Assembly: GCF_964194025.1 (NCBI RefSeq)
Contig: NC_134477.1
Location: forward strand, 53,878,001-53,942,000
From: Convolutriloba macropyga
Taxonomy: Eukaryota
Reading direction: 5' to 3'
DNA length: 64,000 nucleotides
The notes beneath the pieces were generated by a model. It worked only from the letters and a program-made list of their open reading frames with translations. It was not told the DNA's origin and did no database searches. Position numbers and translations under genes: made by a program. This document shows positions 39,701-49,508 of this stretch, one piece after another. Numbering within the stretch: the stretch's first letter is position 1; every line of letters begins with the position of its first letter.

Positions 39701-42700
39701 TCTATAGAAGGGCATCGGGACCTGACCTTATTCATTTTTTAAGCGGCTAAAAAGAACAAAAAAACAACAAACAAAAAATTAATTGAAACTTGCCAGAAAA
39801 CGCTGTCAAAACCTTCAAGCCATATTTTGGCCCTGAAAATATATTTGATTGCGCTTTCCTCAAATACCAAAAAGGTAGTGTGTGGTCATTCATTAGTGAG
39901 ACTAGGTAACAAGTAGACAAAAAAGAAAGAAGGGCAAAAGTATGTAATACTTTTAATTTTTTTCGAAATAAAATTACATCAGAAGTCAAAAAAGACTTTA
40001 ATTACATAATAATATGTTCAAATAGGGTCGTTTATTCATCCATAGGAACCTCTTGAGACCTGCAGTTATCCAGAATATGTCTAACGTCTACAAAAAGAAC
40101 GTCAAAAATAACAAAAATCAAATTAATTTATTTTTTTTGTGAAAAACCGGTGTCGAAGCCAGTAAGGTCATAACGAATTCTTTTTTTTAAAAAAAATGAG
40201 GACACTAATTCTATTTGACACCTTCCCCTGACATCCACAATGTCATATTTGAGCTGTAACTAACTAACGAGATTAGGTAACAAAAAGAAAAATAAAAAAA
40301 TTGCGAAGTTTAATTTTTTTTTTAGTTTTGGAAAACGATTCTTTTCAAAGTCAGGAAAGCCATCAGCTATCTGATAAAATCAGAATATCGGCTCAACTAT
40401 TCTTCCATGAAAACCAAAAAACCTATCACTATAAAGGAAATTTCATACGACCGAAATGACAAAGTAAAAATGACAGTTAAAGACAAAATTAAAAAATTCA
40501 ATTACTTTCTTCAAGAAAGTGTCGAGGCCGTTAAAACGATAATCTATATCTTTCAGGGTTTTGATATGTTACATTGTGGCTTATTTTGAACCCTAATAAT
40601 GCGAAAGGACTCCGAAAATTTATAAAAGAATTCAAAAAGTAAATCGAAATTTCATTAAAAAGTTTTCCTCCGAAAAACTATTTTTAAAGTCTTAACAGTC
40701 ATTAGCTGTCCTCTCAAGTTACTACGTAGTTCGTTTACTGTTCCTTAAGAAGCCTATTGTTTTTCTAGTCATCGAGTCTATGCCATAGGACCCCGAAAAA
40801 TTAGTAAACTTTCAAATAAAAAATAAAAATTTTGTTAAAAAATTTTCTTTCGAAAATTTTTTTTCAAGTCTTAACAGCCATTAGCTGTCCCCTCAAATTA
40901 CTAAATAGGTTCGCTTAATGCTTTTTAGGAAGCGTATTGCAATTCTAGTCAACGAATCTATGTCATAGGGCTACAAAATCTCATTAAAATCTCAAAAAAA
41001 GAATCAAAATTAAAAAAAAATTAAAACTCAGAATCGGAGCCATAAAAATTGCCCGATTCCTTAAAAACTAATTATTTGTTTATTGGGCATTACTTGACGG
41101 TAAATGAGGTTTGTCAGGAACACAACCTGGATAATAAATGTGACTAGTCTCCAAGTGACTTGAAAAAAAATTATAAAAAAAACATGAAAAGGTTTTTAAA
41201 AAATCCAGCTCTCAAATGAAAATCGAGGATTTTCTATAGTAAACATCACTATGAGACGAAAACTACCCCTTTTATGGCCTTTCGTCTGTTAGAATCACAA
41301 GAATGTTCCATTTATAGCAGAAAATGTAATTTTGAATTGATATTTTTTTATAGAAAATAGCTTAATTTGAACAAAAAGTGAACAAAATCATGCCAAACTT
41401 CACGTGTTCACGCAAAACTTTAAACCTCGATAATTCCTCAAAAAACGAAATTCGAAAAAATCTTTTTAATTCCGAATTCTACGCGAGACGAGCTTTTCAA
41501 TGATACCACTCACTCTTCTCTACGATGAATATATCGATCGGCCAAAATTCACGGAACAAAAAAAAACCATTTGAGTATATAGTTCCTCCCCCCCCACAAG
41601 TGGGGTCGGAACAATTAGGTGTTATTTCAGAATCTAACTGATTATGCAGAATTTACACACTAAATAAGAAAACTGACACATAGAAAAATTCTGTCAATTT
41701 CTATCGCTTTTTTTCTATTTCAATCCCAATGTGCGTCAATTGGGTCAACGGCGGCTATTTTCCGGCAATTTGCCGGCTATGATTTTGTCTCAAACTTTCA
41801 CAATTCAAGAGAGTTCAATAATTTTCTGATGAGTTTTTGTTTTAGATACAATCCTAAAACGTGACTGTAAGATAATCTGAAGAGTTTGTTCTTATTTTCA
41901 AATTTCGAAAACTAACAATATAATTTTCCAAAAGTACCCAAGCTCTTGTCCGGTCTTCACGCATGAAAAAAATGTTCTCATGCTCAATGAAGACTTGAAT
42001 AGTTCTGACCATCTCTGTTAACTAAGGCGATGCAATGACGGATTTACTTCTGGTTATCTCGTGCCTTAACTACCTGCAGTGGGATATGCTCACGTGGGCT
42101 GCAATCTACACAGATTGGATGTCGAAACTGGCCAAAGCAAAAGTTGCCGATCGGTTCAAAATTCAGGTTAGTTTGCGGAAATATCTGGGACTATTTCCAT
42201 GACTATGATCAAGAGGAACTTCTTTTTGTTCTCTAGAGTTTCGGATGCAAAATGCGGGTTCTTAGCCCAATGGGTGATTTTTACTTAGGAATCATTTCTG
42301 TGAATTTTAGTGGAAAGAAAAGGTACATCCAAAGGGTTATTTTCAGCATCAAAATAATTATTTTAACGTTTACTCATGCAATGATAGAGGAATGGAATTC
42401 CTCGTGACATTGCTGACGGTGATTTAACTATAAACCGAACTGACATTTCAAGTACAAGTAGAAATATTCGATGCATAATTCACTTATAAATATAATTATA
42501 GGTGACAAACGCAGACCGTACAATAACTGCACCGGAAGGCATGCAGGCGGAGCTTGATCAACTAGTTTCAAATGTGAACAACCGACTAAGTTCACCAAAT
42601 GGTGATTTCAATTCTTCCGAAGTGAAAGCGAGATGTTTCATTCGGCCTTCGGGGACTGAGGATGTTGTCAGAATTTACATTGAAGCCGGATCGGATTCCG

Positions 42701-42756
42701 ATATTGAAGAAATATTCGATGGTGCTCAGAGTTTAATCAAAGAGTATTTGGAGTAA
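24433..42756 (+). CDS. PGM3: phosphoacetylglucosamine mutase; join(24433..24779,24843..25307,32881..33077,35981..36274,42027..42166,42502..42756), 565 aa
   Basis: All five introns are GT-AG with matching phases (2,2,1,1,0); spliced CDS is 1698 nt. Motifs YGTSGFR, TASHNP (phospho-Ser), GMDTRPSS, TTPQLHY, SFDGDADR, VQTAYANG, YFEANGHGT, GDAMTD and RPSGTED. Confidence 0.95.
24843..25307 (+). CDS. PGM3: PGM3 coding exon 2
   Basis: Acceptor TTTTCAG; GMDTRPSS, TTPQLHY, DVANGVG, LNRNCGADFV; donor GTGAG at 25308. Confidence 0.92.
26265..26676 (+). mobile_element. HINE family B, C-rich subtype
   Basis: 5' subTIR AACTGCTCTCAAAC (26267), 3' subTIR GTTTGAGAGGAGTT (26637), then a degenerate hairpin and T-tract; paralogous to 37175-37595. 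Confidence 0.75.
29848..30205. repeat. ~178-bp tandem duplication in PGM3 intron 2
   Basis: GGAGCTTTTAGGG...GGTTTAAAGAACTAAG occurs twice. Confidence 0.85.
32881..33077 (+). CDS. PGM3: PGM3 coding exon 3
   Basis: Acceptor TTAG at 32880; SFDGDADRIVFY...LLDGDKI; donor GTTAG at 33078. Confidence 0.92.
33119..33880 (+). mobile_element. HINE family A 5' portion with an internal partial duplication
   Basis: TAATAGCCGC...GGCTATTA 5' end; body repeated at ~33575-33880 and paralogous to 38421-38880. Confidence 0.65.
34929..35340 (+). mobile_element. HINE family B carrying a tRNA-like cassette
   Basis: SubTIR AATTGCTCTTGAACG (34931) and CGTTCAAGAGCAATT (35297-35311) are a perfect 15-bp pair; 3' hairpin plus TATGTTTT; A box and B box at 35159-35214. 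Confidence 0.8.
35981..36274 (+). CDS. PGM3: PGM3 coding exon 4
   Basis: Poly-T-AG acceptor; VQTAYANGAST, TGVKYLH, DIGVYFEANGHGTVL; donor GTACG at 36275. Confidence 0.92.
36505..36880 (+). mobile_element. HINE family B carrying a tRNA-like cassette
   Basis: AATTGATCTCGAACG (36508) and CATTCGAGAGCAATT (36840); hairpin CCGA-CGTTAA-TCGG; B-box-like GGTGCGAATTCC at 36754. Confidence 0.75.
37175..37595 (+). mobile_element. HINE family B, C-rich subtype
   Basis: AATTGCTCTCAAACG (37177) and CGTTTGAGAGCAATT (37554) are a perfect pair; hairpin CCGAC-GTTA-GTCGG (37572-37585); then TTATGTTTT. Confidence 0.85.
38420..41790 (+). mobile_element. HINE family A interrupted by a nested family C element
   Basis: 5' TTAGCCGC; 3' GCGGCTATT plus hairpin CCGGCA-ATT-TGCCGG (41762-41776) and CTATGATTTTGT. 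Confidence 0.6.
39115..41614 (-). mobile_element. HINE family C, ~2.5 kb, copy 2, with internal ~179-bp tandem repeats
   Basis: AACAAG (39115), hairpin ATGTGC-GATG-GCACAT (39132-39147), subTIR GTTCCGACCCC (39151) and GGGGTCGGAAC (41602-41612) then AA. Internal repeats at ~40689 and ~40868. Confidence 0.85.
42027..42166 (+). CDS. PGM3: PGM3 coding exon 5 (not in the ORF track)
   Basis: Reads GDAMTDLLLVISCLNYLQWDMLTWAAIYTDWMSKLAKAKVADRFKIQ; AAG acceptor at 42024-42026; donor GTTAGT at 42167. Confidence 0.88.
42502..42756 (+). CDS. PGM3: PGM3 coding exon 6
   Basis: TAG acceptor; VTNADR...RCFIRPSGTEDVVRIYIEA; TAA stop. Confidence 0.92.
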   Translation: MTNADRTITAPEGMQAELDQLVSNVNNRLSSPNGDFNSSEVKARCFIRPSGTEDVVRIYIEAGSDSDIEEIFDGAQSLIKEYLE

Positions 42757-43140
42757 TATAAAATGTTCTTTTTCCTGTTGGAAAAGGTATTGATATCTAA
42801 AGCTATTATGGGTTCTATAGTTTTTATTACCTTCGCCCGTTCAAAGGTAACTACGAAGTCAGTTCACGTATATTGACGATATTTGAAATCTGGGGTTATA
42901 GATTGTATTAAAGTTGCCAATTTATTGTCCACAAATCATCTATTTATACTCGTGGTTTAACCACAATGATTGAATACTTTCAAAGCTGTATATTTTGTAT
43001 ATTTAATATGTATGACACTTGTAAAGAGGTAAATTTAAAGTTGTGTTCGATATTTTTCCGATGCAAACTCAAAAACATTTTCGTTTAGCTAAATCAATCT
43101 TATGAACAATTGAATTTTGAAGCGTCTTAGAATTTTGCGT

Positions 43141-43192
43141 TGATTGGCCAATTTTATATATAAGTTCCTGGCGTTTTCTAAATAATGGCGGT
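43141..43192 (+). promoter_or_regulatory. candidate Pol II promoter (CCAAT box, TATA, YY1-like motif)
   Basis: ATTGGCCAAT (43143), TATATATAAG (43155) and AATGGCGG (43184) clustered upstream of a GTAAGT donor at 43354. Confidence 0.35.
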
Positions 43193-43427
43193 GAAGCGAC
43201 TCATCTATTAGACTAATTGATATACTATTGACTTTAATATAATTGAGATTTATTGATGATAACGTTTTTTAGTTTGTAGTCTGCGTATTTTTCTTTCGAC
43301 AATTTGATGACCGAATTTCAACAATTTGATGAAACAAGAACAATTTGTCTGGGGTAAGTATGGTCTAATATTGATCTAATTTTTAACACATGTTTCGATC
43401 GAAGTTTGAAGCACTTCTTTTGTTTGT

Positions 43428-43857
43428 TTAATAGCCGCGTCAGCAATTCCAGGTGGCTATTATTGCGCTCCTAATTTTTTTTATCGTCTAACAAAATTTT
43501 GTTTCGTCTTACCCTGACTTCTTGGAATTGACTTTTTCAATGACTTCAGTGACTTCTACTGCTTCGCAGTTAAAATTTTTGTTCGTGGCGTCTTTTCTGC
43601 TTTTAGGTCCATTGCGTGACTTATCTCACTCAAAGAAATGACTTCTGAACTCACTTATGGAACTTTAAATTTTATGAACATTTACTAGTTAACAATCAAT
43701 AGTGCGCATCTAAGTAGTGCCAAACTTATATGCCCTAGTTCTTGAGTATTAGAGCCTGGTCAATCTGTATCTTATTTCTTTATTTGTTTCAATTCCTGGT
43801 TGGCCACAAGCGTCTATCGCCGCTATTTTCCGGCAATCTGCCGGCTATGTTTGTTTG
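43428..43857 (+). mobile_element. HINE family A inserted into a family B copy
   Basis: TTAATAGCCGCG ... CGCCGCTATT-TT-CCGGCA-ATC-TGCCGG-CTATGTTTGTTT; the flanks rejoin to resemble 45218-45320. Confidence 0.75.
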
Positions 43858-44695
43858 TATTTTTGCAAAGTTTATCTTGTCCTTGAATGTTTTACTCACT
43901 TGAGGCGTCCGACGTTTTATCAGCGAAACGGAATACACTGGTCAAGCTCAAAGGCATCAGCGTCAAGCCGATAACCCGCTGTCTTAGCCTCCGTAAGCTT
44001 AAATTGTAGGTCAGTTTTACATTTAAAAAATTCCTTTTGATGCATTTGGTTAGAGTTTTACTGTATTTGATGTTAAAGAAGGTCAATCAAGGTTCTCACG
44101 AGAAAATTTGGAAAGAAATTTGCCTTCTTTGCTGTTGCGAATTCGTTGTGGGACAAAAGCGAAATCAATCAGTAGAAACAGGATAAACCATAAAGCTCGG
44201 GCACTGACCTTATATTTGAAAACAGTGTATAAAGTTATCGAAGCTCCGTTGGGTCTTCTCTTGGTTCTAGTATTATGCTTTTAGTCCTCCATATTAGGGG
44301 CTCAATTCACCATATTACTCGAATCTAATGAAACTGCGGACTATTTATGAAAATTTTTTGACACCAATAAAATCAGGCTGTCGTTATTTTTTTCTAATCG
44401 TTTCAATACCAACGTTGGGAAATGAAGTCGACGGCGGCTATTTTTTGACATTTTGCCGGCTAGGTTTGTTTCTTACAAAAAGTATCTGAATTGTCTCCAA
44501 ATTTTTATTAATCAATTTTTAAAACCTTATAGATAATTCTACTCTCCGAAACAGTTTTTATAGCATTTGCGTAATTCTTCGTAGATTTTTACGATCATTT
44601 GATGGCGTTTTAAAAACAAAACAGCTATCTGTTATTAATACTTCCTCTCAGCAACTAAATTACTGTTGATCTGTTTGGGAAAGCATTGTCTATTG

Positions 44696-45170
44696 TTATA
44701 GCTCCGAAGCTGTAAGCTGAGCGTAGCTATATTGCGGTGCTCTTGGTTTTTTTTGTTTCGTCGTCTGACGCTTTATTTTCGTTTTACATTTGTTCTAGAA
44801 CATTCTGTCTCGTCACTGCTTAAATGGCTTTTTCGCGCTTGATTTCACGCTTTCTGCGTGACCTAAATTGCGGTTATTCAGAAACAGAATCTGTTCCTAA
44901 AACAAAGTTGATTGTAAGAAAACAGATTGTATGGTCCGAATGCCGAGTGGTTAAGGCGACTGGCTGTTAATCCGGAGATCGCCGGTTCGAGACGCGACAG
45001 GGAAACTTTTTTTGCACCCAAAAACAACCTCCTTTGAAATAAACTTGTAAGTTTTATAGGCGGCGGCGATAACTATTATCAACTCACTTCTGTATCTTTT
45101 TCCATCTGTATTTTACGGCACGCAAGTCTATTTCGCAGCTATTCCGGCAATCTGCCGGCTATGTTTGATA
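44696..45170 (+). mobile_element. HINE family A carrying a tRNA-like cassette
   Basis: 5' TATAGCTCCG; 3' CGCAGCTATT-CCGGCA-ATC-TGCCGG-CTATGTTTG; interior similar to 35020-35240. Confidence 0.7.
44933..45004 (+). pseudogene. tRNA-derived (Asn-GTT-like) pseudo-tRNA / Pol III cassette
   Basis: A box TGCCGAGTGG, anticodon-like loop CTGTTAA, B box GGTTCGAGAC and a T-run at 45008; acceptor and anticodon stems pair poorly. Confidence 0.65.
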
Positions 45171-45199
45171 TATATTTTTTTCTAGCGGGCAAAGCATTT

Positions 45200-45578
45200 T
45201 TTAATGCTCTAGAATAAAGTTTGAAGCACGTATCTTGTTGTGTTTCTTTTTGTGTTTTTGCAAAGTTTTGCGTGTTCTTGAATGTTTTACTTTCTTGAGG
45301 TTTTCGACTTTTTGTCGAAGAAACGGGATAAAGTGGGAAATTTCAAAATTGGTGGCCAATTGTCTCAGAGCCTTTTGTAAGTTGTAAGTGCACGGATCAC
45401 CAAATCGGCCGAGGAAGAACTTCGTGACATTTTTTTCCACATCATTTTACCCTCACTTTCTACCGCGCCCTTTATTATATTCGGCTGTCTCTTCTCTGTG
45501 TTTAAACTAGGTAAAACGAAAGCCAACCCTTTGCCAATTTTTCGAGAGCAATTCATCTGGTGCTAGTGTAGTTCTTTT
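45200..45578 (+). mobile_element. decayed HINE family B copy (another at ~46085-46465)
   Basis: 5' AATGCTCTAGAA..AAGTTTGAAGCA; 3' AAGCCAACC...TTCGAGAGCAATTC. Confidence 0.55.
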
Positions 45579-46719
45579 CACCTTCAGTTTTACTGTTTAA
45601 ACTAAGCATTTATGTATAAGCGTCAAGTTTTTGTGCATTTAGGTCTTTAATCAGACAGCTTAACAAAATAGTTTAGTGGTTTTCACAAATTTCGCGGAAT
45701 TAAGTTTGTTTTTAAAAACAATCCAAGGTCTCAAATATAAATATCAAACTCTTTGGTTTTGAAGAGCATTGGTTGGAATTTCATTTAGTCGGGTTCCACA
45801 AAATTCATAAAACTATTTACGAATCAATTTGAATGAGAATCGTGAACTGGTATGACGAATCGGAATCTTGAATCTGATGATTGTAGGATGAAGCTAAACA
45901 GATGTCAAGTATGACTCGTCCTACTCGCTTTCGAAAAACTCCCAAACTTATATCCAGTTCTCTAAGTATATATCCAGTTACCAATTTTCTAGAAACTCGA
46001 CTCATTATGAACTGATTCATATGGAATTCAATCATACAGATGTTTAGGTTGAAACGTTGGAAGTGTGAAGTTGGTTTTTGAGCCTTTGATCTCTCTGGAA
46101 GGAAGTTTGAAGCAGTTATTGAAAACGAGCGTGTTGTTATGTGAACAAAATCCTTTCTGAGAACAAAATCCCCATCTACTTTCGCTCGCCTGATTTAAAT
46201 TTTAATTGAAGAAAATTGATAAACTGGGAGAAAATCAGGTCAGTAAGTCCGAGGAACTTTTATAGTTCATTAATGAGGTCCTACTGTACGTTGCAGCGAA
46301 GATGCTGAGAAACTATTCCGAGTTTGAAGGGTAATTATTGACCTCCCATACCCCCGCTGTTATCCTCCCCCTATGAGGCGAGCCTTCCTATGCTAAAGTT
46401 AGCTACAACCAAGCCACCCCCTTTCCTGTCTTTCGAGAGCAGTTCGTCCGACAGCCTATAACTGAGCTGAACTATTGTCCTTCTCATTGTTGTTTTTCAT
46501 ATTTTGGCAAGATTTTTGTTAACATTGTTCTTTCTCTCGCAATTTCTCTACTGCATTGTGTTCATGACGTTATTTGTCGCATTTTTGGAGCAACATTTTT
46601 TCTTTATCGGCGTGAAAGATTTTGGTCATACATAACTTGCCTCAAAATTATTTTTCCTCTTTCTTTAATCGTTTTTTTGCTTACGTTTACTAGAGGGTTT
46701 GTTCTCAGTTGAGGATATA

Positions 46720-47764
46720 TTAATGTAATTGAACGTTATTTGAGTGCAGCTTTATTGTACATTAATCTAAATAATTTTAATTTAAGCAATAATTAGCTGA
46801 AGTACCACCGTTTTTGTTTTTTGTCTGAATTTTGTATTTTTAGATTTAACAGAGGAACAAAACTATGTTCAATATGGCTCTAAATTTTTTTTGTTAGTGC
46901 GCCTTAGCTGGATATCTCCTATTGGTTTCAACATTTTGCAACCCAACCGCCGACGCACTATATGAGCGCATATTTATTTGCTAAATTATTACAATTTTTT
47001 ATTGAAATGATAGAGGTTGATTAAGGGAGAGATTGGACAGATGCGCTTATTTTACTTCGAAGCTGTTTTTTTTTTACTTCGAAACTCTTTTTAGAACCAA
47101 CAAGTTGCATGCAAGGCGTTCTAACAATTGTATAAAAATCCGTTGCCCAGAAACCAAAAATTTTACGGAAGTTAAAAAGCTGTAAAATATGGATAATAGT
47201 AAAGGTGTTGGGAAAAAAGACACGTCTTTCAATATTTTTACGGATAAAAATATTGAAAGACGTATCTTTTTCCCAACACCTTTACTATTATCCATATTTT
47301 ACAGCTTATTAATTTGTGTAACATTTTTGGTTTCTGGGCAACGGATTTTTATACAATTGGTAAAACGCCTTGCATGCAACTTGTTGGTTCTAAAAAGAGT
47401 TTCGAAGTAAAAAAAAAACAGCTTCGAAGTAAAATAAGCGCATCTGTCCAATCTCTCCCTTAATCAACCTCTATCATTTCAATAAAAAAGTGTAATAATT
47501 TAGCAAATAAATATGCGCTAATATAGTGCATCGGCGGTTGGATTGCAAAATGTTGAAACCAATAGGAGATATCCAGCTAAGGCGCACTAACAAAAAAAAT
47601 TTAGAGCCATATTGAACATAGTTTTGTTCCTCTGTTAAATCTAAAAATACAAAATTCAGACAAAAAACAAAAACGGTGGTACTTCAGCTAATTATTTCTT
47701 AAATTAGAATTGTTTAGATTAATGTACAATAAAGCTGCCCTCAAATAACTTTCAATTACATTAA
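46720..47764. repeat. ~1,045-bp fold-back palindrome (two ~520-bp arms, 4-nt loop CGGA)
   Basis: Arms are reverse complements with scattered mismatches; centre CAATATTTTTA-CGGA-TAAAAATATTG at ~47230-47255; mirror ORFs 47074-47295(-) and 47189-47410(+). Confidence 0.95.
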
Positions 47765-48140
47765 ATTTTAAACTTTATTTAAACTTTCTTTCAGAAAAAT
47801 TTTATAGCAAATAATGAAAATCAGTTTTTATTGGTAAGAAGATTTAGGAGGCTAAAACTGCCAAAAGAGTTTAACGCTAATAATCTTGTAGTTATCATTT
47901 TCTGTTTTTGTTCTGTTTTTGCCTTCTTTTTTTCGAAATATCATTTCAGCCTAGACAAGACTTTTTGTATTTATTTTTTCGTACAAACGGAAAAGAGCCT
48001 GAAATTCTCCCCTATCCGTTGTTATTCACCATATCAAATAAAACTCTTGAAACAGTAGTTTCGAGGGAACAGTTCGAAGCGAGATAAATAATCAAGTAGG
48101 GAGCTTGATCACCCATCATCGCTGTGAGAAAAAAAATTTC

Positions 48141-48271
48141 GGGTCGTTCCCATTATTATAGCCCCTTGAAATTATAGTCCCCATTACGGTATATTTTCCA
48201 TAATTGGGGCAGTGGGTGGGGCCATAGCACATCTGACCACTAAGCGAGGGGGCTATAATGGGGAAAGGCCC
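48141..48271. mobile_element. MITE with GGG termini and an 8-bp TSD
   Basis: TSD AAAATTTC at 48133-48140 and 48272-48279; imperfect TIRs GGGTCGTTCCCATTATTATAGCCCC / GGGGCTATAATGGGGAAAGGCCC. Confidence 0.7.
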
Positions 48272-48343
48272 AAAATTTCTTCAAATGATTATTGTACAAA
48301 TTATAACAAATCTTCCCGAATTCTTTTGCTAGTTGGAATGCAG

Positions 48344-48837
48344 ATACCCATTATGATAAATTGTAACAATCGCAGAGAGTGAGTTAATTAGTTAATATAC
48401 GTTTGCATTACGGAGAAGCTACAAGACGAAAGACCGATTTTGATTTAAAGTTGACATTGCCAGTGCACGTGCGGCTGTTTCGTACGTTATTTTTTTTTAT
48501 CTGCAACACAGACGATTAAGAAGTACGATAACAATTGATGTAAACAATTTTTGCCATACCGAGGCTTGAATGTTTATGGCTCCATTTTGCAACCATTTTG
48601 ATCACTGACCAATTTATAATTTCCAAGATTACCAAGGCTTGTCGTTCGATCAGTGACACTAAGCTCCTTAAGTGGATCAGGGAACCGATAGTGATATGCT
48701 ATTCTTACTCTTTATCTCTGCCGTTGCAACTTATTACTGTTTAGCTGACTAACATCGAGAAGATTGAAGACATACAACAATTATACGACACATTGGGCTC
48801 TTTTCCCATCGAAGTTTCCCCAGATTATCGGGTCTAA
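48344..48837 (+). CDS. tentative micro-exon cluster of an unknown small protein: 48344..48378, 48512..48539, 48628..48690, 48745..48837
   Basis: Phase-compatible GT-AG chain reading IPIMINCNNRRERLRSTITIDITKACRSISDTKLLKWIREPILTNIEKIEDIQQLYDTLGSFPIEVSPDYRV*; no recognisable homology. Confidence 0.3.
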
Positions 48838-48849
48838 CGATAAAACCAG

Positions 48850-48983
48850 GGGTCTTCCCATTAGACCACCCCCCCCCATTATATCCCGCTCCCATTCTGG
48901 TATGTTAACTGTTTAATGGGTGGTCTATACGTTTTATGACTTTTTTTGGGGGGGGGGGGTGGGGGTGGGATGATGACAGACCC
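48850..48983. mobile_element. second MITE with GGG termini and an 8-bp TSD (1 mismatch)
   Basis: GGGTC...GACCC ends; flanks AAAACCAG / AAAACCAA. Confidence 0.55.
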
Positions 48984-49384
48984 AAAACCAAAGTCGCACT
49001 CTCCCCCGTGTTCAATAATTTCAACCCAAATGACAATGATTTCAACCCAAAATATTATTTAACAGTTATGGAAGAAGATGGCGTAAGCATGCTGGTTTGC
49101 AAAATGAGTTTACTAATCAAGGAGAGCTGAATAGATCCCAAAAGTTTGTTTTGATTGTTAACCGTTATATGGTTAAATTGTTACACCGTTATTTGGTATA
49201 CCTCGCCAAAACGCGGGGGAGGTCCAGGTTGCAGCTATAAGGGAGAAGAACCCAAGTGATCAGGTACAAAGGCTGGGCGCTTCGTTAGTTACATGAGCGC
49301 ATTGGCACGGCATACGCGAGTGCAATTAATAAAGAGTAGTGGTACTGTTATTGGGCATTGAGTGTCTTTCAGAGAGGTGTCTGA

Positions 49385-49508
49385 ATGCCGGGTAAGAAGG
49401 GCATCGAAAAGGACGACCAGAACAGTTCTAGCAGTGAAGATGAAGAGAACAAAGAAGAGGCCAAGAAAAAGACTGTTATGAACAGCAACGTCATGGCCGA
49501 CATAGACG
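49385..49508 (+). CDS. giant repeat protein, first coding exon
   Basis: MPGKKGIEKDDQNSSSSEDEENKEEAKKKTVMNSNVMADID; upstream acceptor TCTTTCAG (49372); donor GTAAGA (49509). Confidence 0.7.

Noticed and set aside
44933-45004. functional tRNA-Asn gene
   Set aside because: Acceptor, anticodon and T stems pair poorly and it sits inside a repeat; treated as a tRNA-derived cassette.
47074-47410. two mirror-image 73-aa ORFs
   Set aside because: A by-product of the palindrome, with no coding signature.
43307-49508. 43307-43353 as first coding exon of the giant-repeat gene
   Set aside because: None of the AG acceptors at 49372-49376 puts it in frame with the ATG at 49385, which is preceded by an in-frame TGA.
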